Below are positions 28,601 to 36,349 of a stretch of DNA of 64,000 bases, piece after piece. The DNA comes from a candidate division FCPU426 bacterium (GTDB lineage Bacteria > Oederibacteriota > JAAXVQ01 > JAUVAV01). The position numbers and the translations under genes are program-made. The number at the start of each line of letters is the position of its first letter. Positions within the stretch are counted from its first letter, which is position 1. The DNA is taken from assembly GCA_030637655.1 (NCBI GenBank), contig DAOWGI010000011.1, positions 1 through 64,000 of the forward strand. Direction: 5' to 3'. The notes beneath the pieces were generated by a model, which did not search any database, had not been told where the DNA came from, and saw only the letters and a program-made list of their open reading frames with translations.

Positions 28601-31600
28601 AGGGAATCGGGTAAAATACAGGAATTTTAAAATAATCCGGAAAAATGAGGACGAGGCAACACATGCCATCCAGCTGGCCGGCGAAAAATATTTTTACCGG
28701 GGTATTGAGATATATAAACGTTTGATTCCCGAGGTTTATTTGGCCCATGACACCTTTGCTGAAAATGTAGAAAAAGCCATGGCCCAACTTGGAGAACTTT
28801 CTTCGGAACTTTTGACAATGACTCGGATTACGCAACTTCGAACTCAATTGGTTAAGCTGGGATATTCACCGCTGGTTGCTGCTGTTGCGGCGCAGGCTGC
28901 GCATTCTGTTATTGGTAAAGTCCATGAAAAAAAGACTTTTTCCGATTTTATCAGAAAGCCGGAAATAACCAAGAGACAAATTGTTGAGTATAACGGCTCA
29001 AAAATGGCGGAGCTTCAATATTCAATAACACGCGCGCCTGGCGGGGCGGAGCATTGTACTCTGGCTGCCATTTCCAGTTTATCCGGAGTGGATAAAATGC
29101 TTGAAATATTAGATCCCGAACATATGAGACAACTGCTCGCCAGTGGACGAAAAAACTTTTTGGAATATGCCAATACCTATATTGGCAAAAGCGATTCAAG
29201 CGGGCAGGTTTATCTGAAACATGGAGTAAACGCCCCCGGGCTTAGGACAATGGAAACGGATTGGGATGTATATGTGAATCGAGTCACAGCCCTAAATGAT
29301 CATATTTTCGAAGTGCAGATGCGGTTGGAAAAAGACGGCAAAAAAATCTATCGGCCTTATCAATTTGATGTGCTTCGAATTAATAAAAGTACAGGTACTT
29401 TAAGAAGATATACACGTTTAGGTTGGGAATATATAACCGATATGCTGTCTCAACCGGAAAATATTGATTGGCAAAGCTATTTGCAAGCACGAACGGATAT
29501 TATAGGCCTTAGGTTGAGTAATTTGAATTGCAATATTTTACTTAAGTTGATTCGTGGTGTCCTATACTCTTGGCAGGTGTTGCCGGAATCTTATGAGACC
29601 GGGTGGGAAGGAAAAATTATTGCTTGTGAGCTTGGTCCCCATGGTCCAAGGCTGGGGATAGAATTAACCAAAGGCGCCAGACGCATAGTGCGCAGGTTTG
29701 AAGTTACTCCGCGCCATATCGAAGGCGGCTTCTTTGGATTGCGTTTTATGGATGAAAAGCAGTATTACCATAATGTATATCTGAATTCACATGTTGCTGA
29801 TACTATTTTTTCCTCAACCCGGGATATACGTAAACAGTTGGAATCCTGCTTAACGGCTATGAATACCGCAATGCAGAAAACAGCCGGTCCAGTACTTGAA
29901 CGGAGCGATATTTGGAGGAAGTTGATTAAAAAAGGATTTGCGGAATATGTAATTGCCTTTGCCTGGCATGTTCGCCGGTTGCGTAAAAATCCAGGGTTGG
30001 AAATAAGTGCTAATAAAGTCGTGCGAAAAGTCCCGGTATCCCTCCCCGGCCGCTGTATGGCTGAATTGCGTTATTCCCTAAGATCGAAGGAGACCCCGCT
30101 TGCGCAAGGCGGCCTGATCTCCCTGACCACAGCCACGGGCTTGGATAAATTGGGCAATCTGATTAATTACAAGAAGGCCAAAAAACTCATAGCCCGAAAC
30201 ACACCCAATGGCCGGCCGGTTGTTTTGCCAGGCTACGAGAATCATTATCTGGGTAAAACGGAAGAAGACGGTGCTATTTACCATGGATCGCAGTATCAGG
30301 CTTCACTGCTCGGGAGCGTGGAAGCCGGCTGGGATGTTTATCTTGATGGTGCGCAGGTGGTAAATAATCATGTGATTGAGATAAAAATCCGATCGGAAAA
30401 GGATGGCGGGATAAGATATCGTACGTATCAGATTGACTTGTATAAGAGAAATAAAATGACAGGTAATTTGGAGATTCATTACCGGCTGGGCTGGGAGTAT
30501 ATTGCTGATATGCTGATACAATCACAGCATGTGGATTGGGAAGATTATTTTGAAACTGCGCCCGAACTTCACCGGTTATCCTTCGGTATATACGCAGGCA
30601 ATGCTATCATTCGTCAAGTCAACGGCAAGATTTTTCAATGGACGCATAGCGGTCAACAAGGTCAGGGCATGGAAGGTAAAATCCTGGTTTGTGAAACAAG
30701 GAACAATGAACCCCATTTTTGGGTTGAATTCAAGGATGATAAACGCAGCATGATTCGGGAGTTTAGGATAGCCGATTATGACACGAAAAACAATAGATTC
30801 AATATTTTGCTGGTTAATCAAGAGCATCGCTATTTTGGGCAGCCCGTATCCGTCGCAGTTGATGCTTGTCTGGCGGCGATTAATAAAATAAGAGCCAATG
30901 CGCGGAAGACTGCCAGGCGGCTTTCCTCTGCGCGGTTATGGGAAATGCTACTGGGTCGAAATTTTAAACCGGAAGTGGTGGAACAAGCAGTGCGGTTGCA
31001 TAGGGTGGCCAGAAAAAGCCCGGTTGATTCAGCTGCCAGGGCCGCCGGGCTTGGCTTTTCCGCCCGCAGGGTTTTGATGGAGCTGCCGGAGCCGCAACAG
31101 AAACTGGTGTTGGAGCTCATGCGTTCGCAGTGGATTGACATAAAAGCTTTTTGTGGGACCCTGGATGCCATTCCCTTAATAAAGCGCACACCTGAAGCAT
31201 TTGTCCGAATTCTCGCAAAGCATATCAGTAAGGAGGAGGGAGTTGAATTTTTTACGCCTTATGAGCAAAAACAAATGCAAAATATAAGTGTTTCGCGTTT
31301 ATGCGAAAATGCTTGGGTTTGGGAGTATGTGAACAGCTTAGCGGCAAGCGGATATAAAATCACAGGTTCGACACTGAGAATAATAATTAATAATAGAAAA
31401 ACATCCCGAAAATATTTAAAAAAATATGTAAAACTAATGAGAAAATATAATATCAGCCAAACTGATTTTGCAAAATGTTATAGTTCGGCGCGTCCCTGGG
31501 AAGAGATAAAAGAAATACTGCCTCTTTTAAGCGCAACGGAATTAATTTCCACAAATATTGCGATTATCTTAAGCAGCGCTTTAACAAAAAAAGAGATCAG

Positions 31601-34600
31601 GACCCACCTGGATTTGTTTGTTGATATTGATAAAAAAACACTCCGCGCAAATATCCAGCAGATTATCCATGATCGCAGAAAAACACAATTGCATCAAATT
31701 ATTAGTGATTTTACTAAAGCCGGAATGTTATCTGGACAACAAAGCAATGATATACAAACAGCTATTGAGAGAAAGTCACACTTGTTATCAACGGATTTTG
31801 CCCGGGATATTTTTGCCGCGCTTCAGTACCAGGGGGAACCTTGGTTTGAGACTCAGAAAATAGAAGACTCGCAGAAGTTGCTTGGCATTGATAAACTTTG
31901 GCAAAAACGTGCCTGGCTGATCAAGGTTCACGCGCTTGCTGAAGAAAAGCGGCAAGACGGCATATCACTGGATATTATTTTAAAAGTACTTTATTCACCA
32001 CTAAGCATGAAAGCCATTGAAAAAATATTGGCTCAGCACGGACCGGAATCTATTGAAAGACTCCTGGACAAATATTTGTATGCTGATCATAGCAGCGGGG
32101 TTGAAAAACAAGAGCTTATAAGATTGCTGGAAAAAAACAGTATTCGGGATACTGTTCAAGTAATGGCGATTAATTCATACCGAAACACAAGCCGTATCAT
32201 TCGCATTCTGGGGTATCTTGAAAATATTCCTGCCAATATATTGGATAAAAGTATCTCTGCCAGTAGGTTAGATGATATAAAAACAGCTATTTTTACTAAG
32301 TGCCTGCGTCGAACCGCGGAATTGTCTGATCTGGTGGACTATCTACCCAAACACAATGGTTCTGATAGTGATGAGCAGTATCATGGGCGTTTACTTGGTG
32401 TTATCCAAGATACCTTTTCCAAGAACAAACTGAGCGAAATGAGAAGAGTATTACAATTATTAGTGCGTTTTCGCGGAAAATTACCAGTTTTGACGGAGAA
32501 TGCCGCCCAAAAAGCACGAGAATACATTAAATTACGCCGAATTTTACGCCAGCTTGATCCGGACCAATTGTTTGGATTGCTGGATATTATAATGGGGGAT
32601 AAGCTTTCGGCCGGTGAGATTGCCCAACTAAAACGGAATATTATTAGTATGATGCAAAAGGATAGAGAGCAATGGGAAACCATCAAACCTGAGTTTCAAA
32701 AAATTCTAATCGATAGGAATCGAGAAGGGTCAAAAGACATTCAGCTGTTGGCAGGTCAATTGCTGCTTTCCTTTGATTCAGAGGTTCGCCGGGATATTGA
32801 AGATACCGTAATCAATGTCTTCGTACCTAGGATATTTATTAAGTATAAGCAGCCGGAATATGTTGAGACTGCTGTTAATACATTAGCTAGGACGTTGAGA
32901 AGGTATGATGTGTATAAAGGTTTGTTGGAGGGGGCGGAAACTGCTCGGTTGACAAGTTTTATATATCGGAATCAGATGTTCGTGGGAAAGGAAGCCAGTC
33001 GTGTGCGATATGCTGATGTATTTAGGGCACAGGCTGAAATAATCGCAAAGGCCGAAGAGAAAGATGTGTATCTTTCAGAAACAGAAATATTTGAATTTTT
33101 AGCAATACAATTTAGTTCACCTAGACTGCAAAGTTTTAAAGAATATTTAATTGAACTTAAAAGTGAAAAAACAGAACCATTGACCAAAGTCAATGCGGAT
33201 GGCTATGAATATGAGTGTGGGGGTATCCTTGATAAGGGTACCCTGGATATGGCATCAGATTATATGCGTAGTATTTATAACTTTACACATCCGTTGACAG
33301 ATACGGATGTGGATGATCCGGATGCCATCGGAGGATACATGCCCTGGCTCAAAGCATTATTAGTTGAGCGCTGGGGCCGGCTGAGCGCGGATACATATAA
33401 TCGCTGGGCCTGGGCCATTGAAGCTGTGCCCATGGGTCTGGGCGGACTGCCGGCTGTGAGTATCGCGATTTGGACCGGCTATCATGACCCGCTCTCCCTC
33501 GCGCTCCTATTCATTCAAGCCGGCTGGGGCGCATTTTTTCTGGAACACCTTTTCCCCAAAACCGCGGCAGGTTGGAAAGCCTTGATATCTGGAAATGTTA
33601 AAAAAGCCTACCAAGATTTCAGCCGGGAAGATTGGATCAAGGTGGGCATTGCCTTTGGCTTGGCTGCGTTCAATCTCTTGCTCACTTTGGCCGCACCGGG
33701 TTTGTGGGCCGGAATCGTAGTGCTGGTAATTATCGGTTTGGGATCGCATGCCTTGACCAACCGGATATTGAAAACAAAACAAACGCCGGAGCCTATTGAA
33801 GTTGTACAGGAAGTAACAACCGAAATTCCTGATCGTCAGATCAATCGTTCGCTTTTGGAAACCAGACCTGTGATGTTTAAATTAATTCAATTTTTAATGA
33901 CACCGCGTTTGCAACTCAGACCCTGGTTGAGACCCTTGCGCCTGTTTGGCGGTGTTGTCTTAGGGTTGGTAAAAGTCGCGGGATACCTGTATCTTTCAAT
34001 ACGCAACCTGAGAGCAAAATCAGGCGCAGATACTGCAACCATTTCGCAAGTTCGGAAATACCAACTGGTGCTGCCGGACGCAATTTCTGCCCGACAGCTC
34101 AATCCTGAACATATTCGCATTCAAACGCGGGGAAGTGCGTTTGGATCTTATAGATATGAAAACGGAAAGCTCGACATCTTTGTTCCGCAAGTGTTGGTTA
34201 ATCAACAAAACGCCGGAAAACTGGACCGCTTTCTCTTTGATATCGCGGTTTGGACCCAGGCTATGCGTTGCCATAATGAGATTTGGCAAGAAATAGATCC
34301 GGCCTTGCCCACGCTGCAAACCACAGTACGTTATCAGCAGCTGCCGCAAAGAATTTTAAAGAACATACTCAGATTCTCAAGGGCGCTGCCTGTGGGCCTG
34401 ACCCGGGGCTGGCATGGCTTCTGGTTAAAACGCCATCCAGTGCAATATCTGCAAGCACAATTAATGCAAGCGACTGTTCAGTCGGATATGGCCGAACAAC
34501 TTGTTACCTCCGGCAGCACCTTGCGGCAAGACTATATCCGTTTCAGCCAACAACCGGATAAAACCAATGCCGGGTATTTTATGGAAAGCGTAATTGATCG

Positions 34601-34934
34601 TCTTCAATTGCAACGAGAATACATACAAAGCTTGCTCATGGAAAATAAATTATCCGAAGCCGAATATCAAAAAGAACAGCTCGTGCAATCCGTCAATACA
34701 ATCAATTCACTCATGCGAACCATGCAAATCCTGCAAGGCCGTCCCATTGGGAAGAAGCTTGACAATATTCAAGCTACTCCCTTTGGCGAGCAGCGTTTGT
34801 GGATATCGCCGCTCTTGCGCAGTTCGCAACTGGGCGCCTATCTGGATGTGCTGGATTTCCTGGGTCTTAAAGTGGATCGGAAAGACCTCTGGCAATGGCG
34901 TAAACCCGCACGCACCAATGCCAATGCAGCATAA
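22644..34934 (+). CDS. Giant (4096 aa) multidomain protein: N-terminal signal/TM and conserved N-domain, six ~356-aa tandem repeats, helical region, TM segment
   Basis: Uninterrupted 12.3-kb ORF; N-terminal hydrophobic segment; IQDLHCNYEVQKNIA..LLAVEGA..VTGGYH N-domain; repeats visible in the translation; hydrophobic helices at ~33400-33760. Confidence 0.9.
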   Translation: MSHISIKQWHHPSRCIWVKTISLLVILTFIFPYLTWALEVQNYSGMHTILFNQRLLEIPKKFGTTKHAWQHGEKMVVHIQDLHCNYEVQKNIAGIIHELARKHNLRLLAVEGASLPINTTKLRSFPIKKVRDDVSDYFVRQGKLSGAEYYAITSEFPMALEGIETAELYALNKRSVEFILTDEGQGYCLDLRDNLNIFKPQIYSSTLLAFDKKRVAYREGRVSALKYCRGLRKYAKKLKLDLNPFPNFIAYSQSHDAVFPLQIEADDLFQEIDRLDQIIREYFYTNKIQRDLDAQLKRLDIIEKLLSISVSPEELAVFRQERQAFQVQTFVDFIWQQNTEDDVEIDPEVFVLDGYLDAAVDFYRVADQRSEQLAKNTLARLQKHNTKIAVLVTGGYHTEHVLAALEAQGVSYISIKPKITEQDVVNPYFSLLRNRQTPLEKLLSQNQKVFTLEPLLPKMADPNKIPDEATDLDERERTFSRLADLILTAMTAMYHFLRNKLGAGLARRVQEAMADYPDLLVTGKIKIHPNQTISFWVQAPGGQEMLVVCTPGNRSLPIIEAEALQVAEFKQEKLVFVGQGKAAAVRAKLDAVPAGLWAEMNLREIDALYPARSILFVLVTWLDRCKQLIAEWQTRIHAIGAELKDWPGKYLPQMGVVQIEGTDIFLPDVQWPPWLASMMEKADTYMRNAEMKPEGLAGKYSDKSLPLKRDAEINHLTGKTGREKLQELLLAKNKQKLYAKVSGNPDKHLFRSTESTVGQYIGDTDVNGAVTIRAGKKFPALGSKGAGWKVYLKKIRILNDQVMEFDIRLEKNGATKIRRFQIDMLLVNEKTGFFEIHDRLALHCVIEMIQQAEDVDWPAFMEKKPDLRGLTFGELKKGKVNVRANGKDFALHLSGENEDGWENHIVDYGYEQDTPFIEVKLTRGPRVKFRRFAIRGRRQREQVFDIQLVAERQYLHGIYLDKNVCRQLFSKNRNLEAEVQACSEYIREIGLKAVPDKRDRLFYAQFEKYGFDPLVVEVALEAYLFGRTENGRLESELKKEILEKPDEHKHFKLSKTIAAELSYVQAADSPRKQLASIAEPRGIKVMSELLDPQAAALPANGATGRLWEKDYGDDLYIGQTNKTGGIHLFGKVAISPVRKHEPGWDVFLRKAKCINDHVIEVSFLAKKDEEEITHSFQIDTKRVNKSTGALEMEYRLGLQYVADLLTGPGNAGWETYLESLPDLKGVSLGILNIRKLSVNVRGEIFHWHLIGERESGWEARLQGCKYVRGAPRLTVLFKKGDRIKIRHFRIDGWREKEKCFDIKVAVEQQYYYGVLLNQRVADYLFSDERDVHSEMSKSISALQEQRAAILAGEIDPRKLLISQGCDLLVAELALQAWKKNRVQRNRIPIYRIFANQVKGTAKKVLKLTYKKMAEVYYKKTNQSDTAELVAISLPEGVDKLLELLKPKEAKKRIRQSLRSGGTRKLDDYKNIYLGQTGPEGEIFLKKGHTFSALGKGDAGWDTYITEARVQNNHVITLEVRLEKQGQIRRHTFQIDTQRFNKRIQALEILPQLGLDYIMDMLSQTSCAVLNKYLRGMPELEGLLIGDSITQRVERAYGDTKFRWSLIGEKSPDWKVTLNSVLPGSRPRLQIKCEKAGRTKIRTFEITDKYPGSELLNISLVEEKQYYYGVYLSKSIVEYLLNKNSAILSQVDACLRAIEDNPVKSELASFLADRGFDEVAIHLAGHRAQMGETGAVMLEEPVELEEALITAQKQNLKLAKYRDATAYYQRQTLPGAGRSKRLLAITSLSSKLWDLLDLRTAQAAIDKHLTDSEPRLIPEYENTYIGRTDENGKNWFDSDTHLSLLGIREERWKGYLENARVCNDHVIELKLRFEKHGQTEYRVFQIDTLKINKQNKRLAIHYRLGWDYIADMLAESADVDWSDYFQKLRQLEDVSLGRLQSLTLAKKIHGENYIWALLGGTEIGWDARIVRCELDDNVPSIWLEFKKGNRVKYRNFKIIRKNEDEATHAIQLAGEKYFYRGIEIYKRLIPEVYLAHDTFAENVEKAMAQLGELSSELLTMTRITQLRTQLVKLGYSPLVAAVAAQAAHSVIGKVHEKKTFSDFIRKPEITKRQIVEYNGSKMAELQYSITRAPGGAEHCTLAAISSLSGVDKMLEILDPEHMRQLLASGRKNFLEYANTYIGKSDSSGQVYLKHGVNAPGLRTMETDWDVYVNRVTALNDHIFEVQMRLEKDGKKIYRPYQFDVLRINKSTGTLRRYTRLGWEYITDMLSQPENIDWQSYLQARTDIIGLRLSNLNCNILLKLIRGVLYSWQVLPESYETGWEGKIIACELGPHGPRLGIELTKGARRIVRRFEVTPRHIEGGFFGLRFMDEKQYYHNVYLNSHVADTIFSSTRDIRKQLESCLTAMNTAMQKTAGPVLERSDIWRKLIKKGFAEYVIAFAWHVRRLRKNPGLEISANKVVRKVPVSLPGRCMAELRYSLRSKETPLAQGGLISLTTATGLDKLGNLINYKKAKKLIARNTPNGRPVVLPGYENHYLGKTEEDGAIYHGSQYQASLLGSVEAGWDVYLDGAQVVNNHVIEIKIRSEKDGGIRYRTYQIDLYKRNKMTGNLEIHYRLGWEYIADMLIQSQHVDWEDYFETAPELHRLSFGIYAGNAIIRQVNGKIFQWTHSGQQGQGMEGKILVCETRNNEPHFWVEFKDDKRSMIREFRIADYDTKNNRFNILLVNQEHRYFGQPVSVAVDACLAAINKIRANARKTARRLSSARLWEMLLGRNFKPEVVEQAVRLHRVARKSPVDSAARAAGLGFSARRVLMELPEPQQKLVLELMRSQWIDIKAFCGTLDAIPLIKRTPEAFVRILAKHISKEEGVEFFTPYEQKQMQNISVSRLCENAWVWEYVNSLAASGYKITGSTLRIIINNRKTSRKYLKKYVKLMRKYNISQTDFAKCYSSARPWEEIKEILPLLSATELISTNIAIILSSALTKKEIRTHLDLFVDIDKKTLRANIQQIIHDRRKTQLHQIISDFTKAGMLSGQQSNDIQTAIERKSHLLSTDFARDIFAALQYQGEPWFETQKIEDSQKLLGIDKLWQKRAWLIKVHALAEEKRQDGISLDIILKVLYSPLSMKAIEKILAQHGPESIERLLDKYLYADHSSGVEKQELIRLLEKNSIRDTVQVMAINSYRNTSRIIRILGYLENIPANILDKSISASRLDDIKTAIFTKCLRRTAELSDLVDYLPKHNGSDSDEQYHGRLLGVIQDTFSKNKLSEMRRVLQLLVRFRGKLPVLTENAAQKAREYIKLRRILRQLDPDQLFGLLDIIMGDKLSAGEIAQLKRNIISMMQKDREQWETIKPEFQKILIDRNREGSKDIQLLAGQLLLSFDSEVRRDIEDTVINVFVPRIFIKYKQPEYVETAVNTLARTLRRYDVYKGLLEGAETARLTSFIYRNQMFVGKEASRVRYADVFRAQAEIIAKAEEKDVYLSETEIFEFLAIQFSSPRLQSFKEYLIELKSEKTEPLTKVNADGYEYECGGILDKGTLDMASDYMRSIYNFTHPLTDTDVDDPDAIGGYMPWLKALLVERWGRLSADTYNRWAWAIEAVPMGLGGLPAVSIAIWTGYHDPLSLALLFIQAGWGAFFLEHLFPKTAAGWKALISGNVKKAYQDFSREDWIKVGIAFGLAAFNLLLTLAAPGLWAGIVVLVIIGLGSHALTNRILKTKQTPEPIEVVQEVTTEIPDRQINRSLLETRPVMFKLIQFLMTPRLQLRPWLRPLRLFGGVVLGLVKVAGYLYLSIRNLRAKSGADTATISQVRKYQLVLPDAISARQLNPEHIRIQTRGSAFGSYRYENGKLDIFVPQVLVNQQNAGKLDRFLFDIAVWTQAMRCHNEIWQEIDPALPTLQTTVRYQQLPQRILKNILRFSRALPVGLTRGWHGFWLKRHPVQYLQAQLMQATVQSDMAEQLVTSGSTLRQDYIRFSQQPDKTNAGYFMESVIDRLQLQREYIQSLLMENKLSEAEYQKEQLVQSVNTINSLMRTMQILQGRPIGKKLDNIQATPFGEQRLWISPLLRSSQLGAYLDVLDFLGLKVDRKDLWQWRKPARTNANAA

Positions 34935-34940
34935 AAATAC

Positions 34941-35034
34941 AGAATTCAGGAGTAGGGAGCCGGAAGGGAAAAGCGATAATATTTTGGTACTATGCAAGTG
35001 CAGGCTTTGTTCTGATTTCTGACTCCTGTATTCT
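34941..35034. repeat. Imperfect inverted repeat of short AGAATTCAGGAGT-type units
   Basis: AGAATTCAGGAGT... pairs with ...GACTCCTGTATTCT just after the giant gene. Confidence 0.55.
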
Positions 35035-35146
35035 CTTCTAATACATAATTATCGACCGATATTTCCTTATTTTCAACCCCAAAAATAGGTATTGAAATTA
35101 GGTCGAATTGTGTTATATTATCAAGAATTTTGTGGAAAATTATACT

Positions 35147-35206
35147 GTAGGGATGGGTTTCCCTGATTTGAGATGATGTTGTGATGAGTCGCGAACCCGT
35201 CCCTAC
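35147..35206. repeat. Degenerate GTAG-REP pair upstream of carA
   Basis: GTAGGGATGGGTT...AACCCGTCCCTAC. Confidence 0.7.
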
Positions 35207-35221
35207 GACAATCATTAAAAG

Positions 35222-36307
35222 GTGAATAAATTGGACGCATTATTGGTTTTGGAAGACGGCCGGTATTTTAAAGGGAAATCTTTTGGCGCCCAGGGCGAAA
35301 TCATAGCAGAAGTGGTATTCAATACCGGAATGGCCGGGTACCAAGAAGTATTAACGGATCCTTCTTATTGCGGCCAGATTGTGAATATGACCTATCCTCT
35401 GATTGGTAATTATGGTGTGAATGAAGCGGATATGGAATCCAAAAAAATTCAGGTGACCGGTTTTATTGTGCGTGAACTCTGCACCTGGCCTTCCAATTTT
35501 CGTTCCCAAGGTACTTTAGGGGATTGGCTTGAGAAAAACAATATTAGCGGTATTCAGGGAATTGATACCAGAGCCTTGACCCGCCATATTCGTGAGGCAG
35601 GCAGTATGAACGGAGTGCTCACTACCAATGATGAATCCATGGCAGCCTTGCAGGAAAAAGCCAAAGCAGCGCCCCACATGGCCGGCCAGGACTTGGTGGG
35701 AAAAGTGACGTGCGAGCAACCGTGTGATTATGCCGCGCCTAAAGAAAAAAAATATACTGTGACACTTATTGATTATGGTGTGAAATATAATATCATGCAG
35801 GAACTCGCCAACCGGGGCTGTCAGGTCCGGGTAGTGCCGGCCTCTATGTCAGCCAAAGATATTTTAGCGGACAATCCGGACGGGATCATGGTTTCCAATG
35901 GACCTGGTGATCCGGCAGCAGTGACGTATGCGATCGAAACCGTACGCGAATTGATTGGCAAAGTCCCGATGTTTGGTATTTGTCTGGGTCATCAGATTAT
36001 GGGATTGGCGTATGGCGGAAAAACCGTAAAACTCAAATTCGGACACCGGGGTGTTAATCATCCGGTCAAGGAGCTGGCCACCGGTAAGATCAGCATTACC
36101 TCGCAAAATCATGGTTTTTGTGTGGAAGAAAAGAGCCTGCCCCAGGATGTGGAAGTAACACATGTTAATATGAATGATATGACCCTGGAAGGGATGCGGC
36201 ATAAAAAACATCCGGTTTTTTCAGTGCAGTATCATCCGGAAGCCTCGCCCGGACCGCATGATGCAGCGCCGCTGTTTGATCGGTTTATTAATATGATGGA
36301 AAAGTAG
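35222..36307 (+). CDS. carA: Carbamoyl-phosphate synthase small subunit
   Basis: EVVFNTGMAGYQEVLTDPSY, SNGPGDP, GICLGHQ, TSQNHGF, SVQYHPEASPGPHD. Confidence 0.97.
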   Translation: MNKLDALLVLEDGRYFKGKSFGAQGEIIAEVVFNTGMAGYQEVLTDPSYCGQIVNMTYPLIGNYGVNEADMESKKIQVTGFIVRELCTWPSNFRSQGTLGDWLEKNNISGIQGIDTRALTRHIREAGSMNGVLTTNDESMAALQEKAKAAPHMAGQDLVGKVTCEQPCDYAAPKEKKYTVTLIDYGVKYNIMQELANRGCQVRVVPASMSAKDILADNPDGIMVSNGPGDPAAVTYAIETVRELIGKVPMFGICLGHQIMGLAYGGKTVKLKFGHRGVNHPVKELATGKISITSQNHGFCVEEKSLPQDVEVTHVNMNDMTLEGMRHKKHPVFSVQYHPEASPGPHDAAPLFDRFINMMEK

Positions 36308-36331
36308 GGAACGGTCGCGACCGTTCCCTAC
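36304..36331. repeat. GTAG-REP overlapping carA stop codon
   Basis: GTAGGGAACGGTCGCGACCGTTCCCTAC; its TAG is the carA stop. Confidence 0.85.
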
Positions 36332-36349
36332 AGTAAAGGATTTGATAAC

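Noticed and set aside
24780-31000. Assembly artefact or diversity-generating retroelement explaining the giant-gene repeats
   Set aside because: The copies are highly diverged at DNA level, not near-identical. No reverse transcriptase or adenine-specific TR/VR pair was seen.
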